Below are positions 55,008 through 64,000 of a stretch of 64,000 nucleotides of DNA, in pieces. The DNA is from an uncultured bacterium (GTDB lineage Bacteria; Patescibacteriota; Microgenomatia; UBA1400; MFAQ01). The stretch is taken from NCBI GenBank assembly GCA_963980225.1, contig CAXBYW010000002.1:39502-103501 (forward strand). The letters are read 5' to 3'. The position numbers and the translations under genes were made by a program. The notes beneath the pieces are model-generated. The model did not search any database and was not told the DNA's origin. It saw nothing but the letters and a program-made list of their open reading frames with translations. Numbering within the stretch: position 1 is the first letter of the stretch; each line of letters opens with the position of its first letter.

Positions 55008-55832
55008 ATGTCAAAAAGACTAAAATTTATATCGGTAGCTGGTGTGTTGGGGGTGTTTTTGTGGCTATCTAGTTTTGTGGTGGTTGAGAATCGGTTTACG
55101 ATGATACTTGCTGCTACCGCAGTTTCTTATGTCTTGTCTGTGTGGGTTTTGTTTGAGGATTTAAAGGGTATGGAATGGATTACTTTGATGATTTTGCCTG
55201 TCATGTTTACTTTGGGATTTGGCCTGTTTACTAACCTGTTGCCTGATGCGGTACCTAACTTATTAGGATTGAGATTTGAGATAGAAACGGCAATTGTGAT
55301 GGCTAAGGTGGTTAAGGGGATATTTGTTTTACTCTACATCTTGGGTCTATACGCAATATATCTTCTGGAAAATATTATCTCTGTGGCATCTATTAGAACA
55401 ATACAGCTTTTGAGGGCAGCTAGGTCCATGGGTTTTGTGATGAGTCTGGTGGTGTCTCTGTTCTTCTTTGCGGTGACTCTAAGCTTAAAACTACCGTTCT
55501 ATTGGATTGGTTTAAATTTAGCAGTAGTAAGTTATTTGTTATCTTATGGTCATTTGTGGAGTATTGACATTAAGGATGAAAGTAGGCGAGTGGTTAAGTT
55601 GTATAGTTTGACGATCGCTTTTTTAATGGGACTTTTGGGGGTAGTGATGGCCTTTTGGCCGGTGACGGCCTTTATGGGCGGTTTAATGATGACGGTATTC
55701 TTTTATACTCATCTGGGGATCTTAGAAAACTATTTGAAGCATCGCTCTCATGGAGAGTCCCTGGTTGAGTACTTGGTGTTTGGATTAATTATCTTTATTA
55801 TTGGATTTGCGACAACCTCCTGGCGAGGTTAA
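55008..55832 (+). CDS. hypothetical polytopic membrane protein
   Basis: 7-8 TM helices. Followed by palindromic hairpin gaatagattatctattc. Confidence 0.35.
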   Translation: MSKRLKFISVAGVLGVFLWLSSFVVVENRFTMILAATAVSYVLSVWVLFEDLKGMEWITLMILPVMFTLGFGLFTNLLPDAVPNLLGLRFEIETAIVMAKVVKGIFVLLYILGLYAIYLLENIISVASIRTIQLLRAARSMGFVMSLVVSLFFFAVTLSLKLPFYWIGLNLAVVSYLLSYGHLWSIDIKDESRRVVKLYSLTIAFLMGLLGVVMAFWPVTAFMGGLMMTVFFYTHLGILENYLKHRSHGESLVEYLVFGLIIFIIGFATTSWRG

Positions 55833-56687
55833 TGAATAGATTATCTATTCAACTTCAAAAAAAGTTTTTGATACGTCAACCCAAAGGGGGGGAGTGCTAT
55901 AGGGTCTTTAGGCCTATAATTATATATCCTATAAAACTGGGCTGTGTTTTCACGAAATATAGGTCTTTTCACGGCTAGCAGTCTATGTGGATAACTGCTG
56001 ATATAGAATGATATAGTTATGCGGCATAGGCAGAGGAGGGAGGATGACAGTGCTTGGAGAGGTAATTAAATGTAATTGGTGGTCGCCACTCCCTAGTAGA
56101 GGTCCCTGAAGTATTTTCTTTAATAATTTTTTTTTGGTGGTTGACACTTCCCTTTTGCAATAGAGGAGAGCTAAACCAGAATGATATATAGAGTGTCGTA
56201 CAATGTTACTTATGCGACGTCACCTTGGAGCGATTGTGGAACAGTAGTGGTTGTCCTCGACTTTGGTAATCTGTATAAAATCCCGAAGAGATTTGTTACT
56301 TGACTGTTTACGCTTACTATCCCCTTGATTGTTGGTGCATGAAGTTACTTAAGGGCTTGATTGGTTGATTTATAGATTAACCCGAATGTTTTAATCCAAA
56401 AAATATCAAACTAGTCATTGGGATGCGGTGATCGAGATGTACTTAATCATAAAGAAAGTCAGGGGCCGTTTTAGGGGCATTAGAAGGGCTTGTAGCCTCG
56501 AAATACTGTGTTTTAAGGCATGATTTTAACGTTTGCCATGTGTTCTTGTGCTTGACATGTAAACTTTAAGATTAACAATGAATTAAAGATTGAGTATCAT
56601 AACTTGGTACTTGTTTCACTGTGGCGGTGAACAGATTCTTGTCTCCCTTTGGGAACAGGACGTGGACAACATTTTGTTGTTCTGCAT

Positions 56688-56762
56688 TAAAGGTGAATAA
56701 TTTTTCTAGAGAGCTTTTTTCTCAAGCAAACTTTATTCACCTTTTTTATTTTTTGTATTTCA
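56688..56762 (+). terminator. putative intrinsic terminator (long stem-loop plus T-rich run)
   Basis: aggtgaataa...ttattcacct inverted repeat followed by ttttttattttttg. Confidence 0.3.
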
Positions 56763-56848
56763 GTCGATATTTAGCATATAAAAATATATAGGATATTATC
56801 TCTAAAAAAAAGGTTACCCCCCTACCCCACTGGTGGTATCGAAAAATA

Positions 56849-56877
56849 TTGACAGATGAATACTTGTTCAATATAAT
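56849..56877 (+). promoter_or_regulatory. perfect-consensus sigma70 promoter in noncoding region
   Basis: TTGACA (56849-56854), 17-nt spacer, TATAAT (56872-56877). Confidence 0.5.
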
Positions 56878-57409
56878 TCTTTCTTACACAACCTTGGAGG
56901 TAACTACCGATGCGTAAGAGCCTACCAAAAGCCGTTGTGAAGAGATCTGTAGAAGGTGATTATCGACAATCATCGAGCAGGCCAGGATTCGGACCTGGTA
57001 CCTCATCCAATGGCGTAAAAAGTTGACTTGTCCAACCCCTAATCCTTTATATTTAGGGCAAGTCAACCGCAAATTAATAATCTCAGACAATGTTTGTAAT
57101 GTGGACAAAAAAAGTCTGAGAATATATAACTTGGAGGAACCACAATGCGTAGACCTCCCCCCTTTAGGGTACGACCAAGAAGTCGGACTTCTTCACGAAG
57201 GAGCCGAACTTTTTCGAGTCGACCCTCACTGTCGCAATCGCGACGTAGCGGTCGAAGCTGCGGGCCAGATGAAGGATCTGGTATCCGTATTTAGCTTCTG
57301 ACTGTAACAACTATACGGCCAATCATTCTTATTTAAAAGATTTTCAAGAATGGTTGGCCAGTTTTTTGTTCTTTGCATGTCGCACATTGGAATGTGCTAG
57401 TATTGAGTT

Positions 57410-58354
57410 ATGGCGAAAGAAAAAAAAGAAGAACAAGTTTTAAGCAAGCTAATATCAAAATATTTAAGACATATTGAGCTAGAGAAGAATTACTCACCCT
57501 ATACCTTAAGGAACTATAAATATTATTTAAACTTTTTTAAAAATTGGTTTGAGAAGAAATATGAACAGGAGTATATCCAGAGGTTGACGAGTGAGATGGT
57601 AAGTAGTTATCGGTTGCACTTATCTAGACACGAGGATGAAAAAGGTAAGGGTTTGTCTGCGGCCACCCAAAGCTATTACATCATTTCCTTGAGGGCATTT
57701 TTAAAGTTTTTAGCAAAGAAAGGAATTAAAAGTTTGAGTGCAGAGAAAATAGATTTACCAAAAGTGGGTAGTAGGCAGATTAAGTTTCTAACTAGAGACC
57801 AAGTAGAGAGGCTACTAACGACTCCAGACTTGACAACAGTAAATGGCTTAAGAGATAGAACGATTTTGGAGGTATTATTCAGTACAGGTTTAAGGGTAAG
57901 TGAGATGGCTAAGCTCAATAGAGACAAGATTGATTTGAAAGCCAAGGAGTTTGGGATTATTGGAAAAGGTCGACGATCTAGAGTTGTGTTTTTAACGGAG
58001 AGATCTTGTGATTGGCTCAAAAGATACTTAAGTACAAGAGACGATCAATATAAACCATTGTGGATTAGATATTCTGGTAAGGCGGCTGATATCACCTCTT
58101 CTGGCGATAGTATGAGACTGTCTGTAAGAAGTATTCAAAGATTGGTCGAGAAATATAGAAGATTGGCGGGACTACCAATGAAGGTTAGCCCACACACCTT
58201 GAGACATTCTACTGCCACTACCCTACTCTCTTCCGGAGCAAATTTGAGATCTGTCCAAGAAATTTTGGGACATAAAAATGTAGCCACTACTCAGATATAT
58301 ACTCATATCACTAACCCCCAGTTAAAGAAAATCCACGAGAAATACTTGAAGTAA
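57410..58354 (+). CDS. tyrosine site-specific recombinase XerC/XerD-like
   Basis: N-terminal SAM-like core-binding domain. C-terminal HTLRHSTATTLLSSGANLRSVQEILGHKNVATTQIYTHI (HxxR...Y catalytic motifs). R in LRVSE box. Confidence 0.85.
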   Translation: MAKEKKEEQVLSKLISKYLRHIELEKNYSPYTLRNYKYYLNFFKNWFEKKYEQEYIQRLTSEMVSSYRLHLSRHEDEKGKGLSAATQSYYIISLRAFLKFLAKKGIKSLSAEKIDLPKVGSRQIKFLTRDQVERLLTTPDLTTVNGLRDRTILEVLFSTGLRVSEMAKLNRDKIDLKAKEFGIIGKGRRSRVVFLTERSCDWLKRYLSTRDDQYKPLWIRYSGKAADITSSGDSMRLSVRSIQRLVEKYRRLAGLPMKVSPHTLRHSTATTLLSSGANLRSVQEILGHKNVATTQIYTHITNPQLKKIHEKYLK

Positions 58355-58359
58355 TTTTG

Positions 58360-60993
58360 TTACTTTTTATTGATGGCAGTGATAGCGGCTACTGAATCCC
58401 CCGCTTTATTGAAACGCATGAGTATTACTCCTTGGGTTGGTCTTTTTAAAACAGTAATGTTCTTTATTGGTAGTTTGATTGCCTGAGCTTTGGTGGTAGT
58501 GATGATTAGTTCATCTGAATTTTGATCTACCATAACAGCACCGGCTATTTTTCCTGTTTTTTCGGTTACATCAGAAACTTTTAGACCTTGTCCACCCCTC
58601 TTTTGAGCAGGATATTGATTGAGAGGAGTTCTTTTACCTAGGCCATTTTTTGTGACGATTAGTAGATCCCTAAAAGCTTTCTTTCTCTTGTCTTTAAACT
58701 TTACTTGATTGGACGTGAAACACTCTAGAGACACACAGAAGTCATCTTTCTTTAGACTAATACCTCTAACTCCCATGGTGTCTCTTTTGGTAGCTCTGAC
58801 ATCTGATTCTTTAAATCTGATTGACTTACCATCCCTGGTAACTAAAAGAATATGATGGTCTCCAGATGTTTGATTAACCCAAACCAATTGATCCTTTTTA
58901 GTTAGATTGATGGCGATTAGACCATTGCTTTTAATGTTGGCGTATTGAGACAAAAGAGTTTTCTTAACAGTTCCTTGTCTGGTGGTGAAGAAAAGATAGG
59001 TATCTTTTTTGTCTAGGTCTTCTTTACCCAAAGGAAGTATGGCTTGAACCCTCTCTTCACCTTCGATGTTTATTAGATTAATGATGGCTTGACCCTTACT
59101 GGTTCTTGAGCCTTCTGGGAGTTCCCAAACTTTTAAAGAAAACACGCGACCCTTGTTGGTGAACACTAAAAGCTCATCATGAGTGTTGGCATTAGTCAGT
59201 AAACGGATGTTATCTGTTTCTCTTACAGACATTCCAGTCACTCCTTTACCACCTCTTCTTTGGCTTTTAAATATTCCTCGAGGCATGCGTTTTATGTAAC
59301 CAGACTTAGTAAGAGCAACGATGGTTTCTTCTTGAGGTACTAAATCTTCTTCTGAAAAATTTTCTATTGATGAAGCTACAACTTTTGTTTTTCTTTTGTC
59401 TCCGTAAATTTTGGTCAGCTCTACTAGCTCCTCTTTAATTATTTGAAGTACTTTTTCAGGTGATTTTAGTGTTATTACTATCTCTTTAATTATTCGAAGT
59501 AATTCATCATATTCATCTTGGATTTTTTCTCTTTCTAAGGCTGCTAAGCGACGCAACTGCATTTCTAAAATGGCTTCTGCTTGAAGTTCTGATAGTTTGA
59601 ATTTGGTCGTTAAATTCTTTTTAGCATCTACCTGATCTTTACTTTTCTTGATGGTTTCTATTATTTTGTCGATGTTGGCAAGGGCGATGAGTAGTCCCTC
59701 GAGTATGTGGGCTCTCTTTTTGGCGTTTGTGAGGTCGAATTGATTTCTTCTAACGATTACTCCTTGACGATGAATAACAAACTCTACAAGAATACTTTTA
59801 AGATTTAGTAGGCTGGGAACTCCTTTGGAAGTAAGGGCCACGACGTTGGCAGGATAGTTTATTTGTAGATCAGTATGTTTGTATAGTTGGTTAAGAATAC
59901 TTTTGGGCTTGGCGTCTTTTTTGAGATCTACTGCGATAGTTAGACCTTTTCTGTCTGATTCGTCTCTCAGGTCTTTGATACCGGTTATCTTTTTTTGTTT
60001 TACCAAGTCGGCAATTTTGGTAATTAATTTTGCTTTATTTACTTGATATGGAAGTTCGGAGATCAATATTTGCAACCTACCGTTCTTGTTTTCTATTATT
60101 TCAGCTACTCCCCTAACTTTAATACTGGCTTTACCAGTGTGGTAGAGTTTTTCTATTTCTTTTTTATCGTAGATGATGCCAGCGGTAGGGAAATCTGGTC
60201 CCTTAATGTGTTTTACTAGATGCTCCACCTGAGCTTTGGATGTTAGTTCACCGGTAATTTTTGAATAATGGGTGGTTTCAAGATCTTTATCTTCTATTTT
60301 ATTTGTAACGCTGACACTACTCTGGTCAATCAGTTCTTTTATGGCTTCAGTTATTTCACCTAAGTTGTGAGGTGGAATCTTGGTAGCCATACCTACGGCA
60401 ATGCCGTCCCCGCCCATTAGAAGTAGATTGGGAAGTCTGGCTGGCAAAACGTCAGGTTCTTGTTGGCTGCCATCAAAATTGTCACTGAAGTTTACAGTAT
60501 CCTTTTCGATGTCTTTGGTGAGCTCTTGAGCAATCTTAGTTAGCCTGGCTTCTGTGTAACGCATGGCAGCAGCGGAATCACCGTCGATAGAACCAAAGTT
60601 ACCTTGACCGTCCACTAACGGATAACGCATAGAGAATTCTTGAGCCAAGCGAACCATTGTTTGGTAGACAGCCTGGTCTCCATGAGGGTGGTATTTACCT
60701 AGAACCTCACCAACTACACGAGCTGATTTTTTATATGAACTTTTATGAGTGAGGCCCATTTCTTTCATGGCGAAAAGAATACGCCTATGAACTGGTTTTA
60801 GCCCATCTCTTACGTCTGGTAAGGCACGGGACACAATAACACTCATGGCGTAGTCTACATATGACTTCTCCATTTCATCAATGATTCCGGTTGCTTGAAT
60901 TAGTCCAAACTTGGTTGATTTGGGCTCACTACTACCATTAGAATCATCATTTTCTTGATCGACGATGGTTGGTATTTTTGTGTCTTTATCCAT
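58360..60993 (-). CDS. gyrA: DNA gyrase subunit A
   Basis: AMRYTEARL active-site Tyr region. C-terminal beta-pinwheel repeats. 877 aa. Confidence 0.95.
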   Translation of the reverse strand: MDKDTKIPTIVDQENDDSNGSSEPKSTKFGLIQATGIIDEMEKSYVDYAMSVIVSRALPDVRDGLKPVHRRILFAMKEMGLTHKSSYKKSARVVGEVLGKYHPHGDQAVYQTMVRLAQEFSMRYPLVDGQGNFGSIDGDSAAAMRYTEARLTKIAQELTKDIEKDTVNFSDNFDGSQQEPDVLPARLPNLLLMGGDGIAVGMATKIPPHNLGEITEAIKELIDQSSVSVTNKIEDKDLETTHYSKITGELTSKAQVEHLVKHIKGPDFPTAGIIYDKKEIEKLYHTGKASIKVRGVAEIIENKNGRLQILISELPYQVNKAKLITKIADLVKQKKITGIKDLRDESDRKGLTIAVDLKKDAKPKSILNQLYKHTDLQINYPANVVALTSKGVPSLLNLKSILVEFVIHRQGVIVRRNQFDLTNAKKRAHILEGLLIALANIDKIIETIKKSKDQVDAKKNLTTKFKLSELQAEAILEMQLRRLAALEREKIQDEYDELLRIIKEIVITLKSPEKVLQIIKEELVELTKIYGDKRKTKVVASSIENFSEEDLVPQEETIVALTKSGYIKRMPRGIFKSQRRGGKGVTGMSVRETDNIRLLTNANTHDELLVFTNKGRVFSLKVWELPEGSRTSKGQAIINLINIEGEERVQAILPLGKEDLDKKDTYLFFTTRQGTVKKTLLSQYANIKSNGLIAINLTKKDQLVWVNQTSGDHHILLVTRDGKSIRFKESDVRATKRDTMGVRGISLKKDDFCVSLECFTSNQVKFKDKRKKAFRDLLIVTKNGLGKRTPLNQYPAQKRGGQGLKVSDVTEKTGKIAGAVMVDQNSDELIITTTKAQAIKLPIKNITVLKRPTQGVILMRFNKAGDSVAAITAINKK

Positions 60994-61933
60994 TTTGAAT
61001 TATTTTTTCTATTGCGGGGGCGATTTCCTTTTTTCTTGATAACTTAGGACCGATATCTAAGATACCATCCACAGCTTGAGTTTTAAATGCTTTCTCTCCA
61101 ATTTGTATTGAAGAATCGATGGTGATTAGCTTGGTGTTTACATTTAATATGTCTGAGACAGCCAGGAAAATAATGTCTAGTTGTAGTTCTTTTTGTAGGT
61201 CAAGCATAGCTTTTTTTAACCCTGGCCCCCTACTTGATATGACTTCCTTTTGCTCTACTGTTTCGATTTGACCAATAAAAGTCTTTTTGCCGGCAAAATC
61301 AAATACTTTATAGTCGTTTTTAAGAAGTTCGGTGTCTGATAGTTTTGAAGTATTGGATTTAGCTTTGAAGATCTCTAGAGCCAACTTGTCGATATTTTGT
61401 ACTTTGGCTATTTTTGCCAGAGCTATGACCGCCTTTTTGTCTACATTAGTGGTGGTAGATGATTTAAGGTTAACTGTGTCGGATATAACTGCGGAAAGCA
61501 TGAGAGCGGCTAGTTTTTCTGGGATGTCTATTTTATAAAGATCCATGATGTTCCAGGCAATGGTGCAGGTTGATCCCCAGGCTTTGATGGTGGCATATAT
61601 TGGTTGGGGTAAATTCAGTGATAATTTGTGGTGGTCAAAAATATCGGAGATAAGTTCCGGATTTAGGCCATCTAGTCTTTGTGATTCTTCGTTATGGTCT
61701 ACCAAAACGACCTTGTCTTTTTGATTGATGTCTGATGCTGAAATGATTTCTGGTGTTGATTCCCCAAACTTATCGAACAAGAAAGCTGTTTCTGGATTTA
61801 AGGGATGAGCGATACAAGCTTTTGATGTTGGGTGACCCCAGCAGTCTTGGGTATCAAAAATATGTTTGAAAGCCAAAGCGGCTACAACGGAGTCTGTATC
61901 TGGTTTTTGGTGGCCTATTATAAAAGTTGTCAT
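60986..61933 (-). CDS. ppaC: manganese-dependent inorganic pyrophosphatase (family II, DHH/DHHA2)
   Basis: [38 protein letters not shown] motifs closely match family II PPase. 8-nt overlap with gyrA start. Confidence 0.8.
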   Translation of the reverse strand: MTTFIIGHQKPDTDSVVAALAFKHIFDTQDCWGHPTSKACIAHPLNPETAFLFDKFGESTPEIISASDINQKDKVVLVDHNEESQRLDGLNPELISDIFDHHKLSLNLPQPIYATIKAWGSTCTIAWNIMDLYKIDIPEKLAALMLSAVISDTVNLKSSTTTNVDKKAVIALAKIAKVQNIDKLALEIFKAKSNTSKLSDTELLKNDYKVFDFAGKKTFIGQIETVEQKEVISSRGPGLKKAMLDLQKELQLDIIFLAVSDILNVNTKLITIDSSIQIGEKAFKTQAVDGILDIGPKLSRKKEIAPAIEKIIQNG

Positions 61934-61938
61934 TTTGT

Positions 61939-63999
<2,061 letters not shown>

Positions 64000-64000
64000 T

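Noticed and set aside
56884-57108. 74-aa minus-strand ORF in the same noncoding region
   Set aside because: Runs antisense through the consensus promoter/sORF region with no RBS. Likely fortuitous.
57023-57301. 92-aa plus-strand ORF in the noncoding region upstream of the recombinase
   Set aside because: No RBS, begins inside a hairpin-rich GC-rich segment, and an alternative frame carries a canonical SD plus ATG. Overall the region looks like structured RNA/regulatory DNA rather than a 92-aa protein. Retained only as part of the region-level finding.
55850-57400. Hypothesis that the noncoding region encodes tmRNA or RNase P RNA
   Set aside because: Could not find the tmRNA 5' GGGG...GGATTCGAC motif plus tag-peptide reading frame ending in an Ala-rich tag and in-frame stop. 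Nor the 3' T-arm followed by CCA. Nor RNase P P4 strands (AGGAAAGUCCGGGC / ACAGAAnCCGGCUUA). GAAAGTCAGGGGCC at 56449 is only a partial resemblance. Left as unassigned pending covariance-model search.

Overview
Gene-dense (about 85% coding), low-GC (about 42%) bacterial segment. It uses the standard code with TGA as a stop (glyA ends in TGA). The gene content fits a small, reduced CPR/Patescibacteria-like genome, but this lineage call is inference.

Most of the window is conserved core machinery, by family-level motif recognition. Translation factors, tRNA synthetases and ribosomal proteins: rpsB, tsf, frr, argS, cysS, hisS, efp, prfA, rpmB, rpmE, rpsU, rpsF-ssb-rpsR, ychF. Replication and DNA topology: dnaX-ybaB-recR, dnaB, topA, gyrB-ppaC-gyrA, xerC/D-like recombinase. 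Cell shape and envelope: mreB, mreC, mreD-like, PBP2 (mrdA), PAP2-like phosphatase, O-antigen-ligase/TPR membrane protein, UDP-glucuronate decarboxylase-like, Lgt-like. One-carbon/thymidylate metabolism: glyA, fmt, def, thyA, tmk, folD. Proteolysis/quality control: two M50 site-2 proteases, ctpA, htrA.

Several features stand out:
- 40940-42155: two tandem paralogous noncoding units. Each has a near-consensus sigma70 promoter, a leader hairpin plus a conserved 18-mer, a tRNA-like element with an aberrant anticodon arm, a roughly 300-nt structured RNA with covarying stems, and a terminator with a conserved loop.
- 55833-57409: a 1.58-kb gene-poor, partly GC-rich, highly structured region upstream of the recombinase gene. 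It carries a perfect consensus promoter and two Shine-Dalgarno-preceded small ORFs.
- 3812-6103: a 763-aa cysteine-rich repeat / FN3-like / beta-helix surface protein, next to a lipoprotein and a small membrane protein.
- 32827-33456: a second, truncated GGQ-domain release-factor paralog.
- 22040-22645: a CX5R phosphatase-like ORF sitting where pyrH is normally found between tsf and frr.
- 48820-50433: a small accessory cluster of hypotheticals whose last gene has atypical codon usage.

No rRNA, CRISPR array or obvious transposase was seen.
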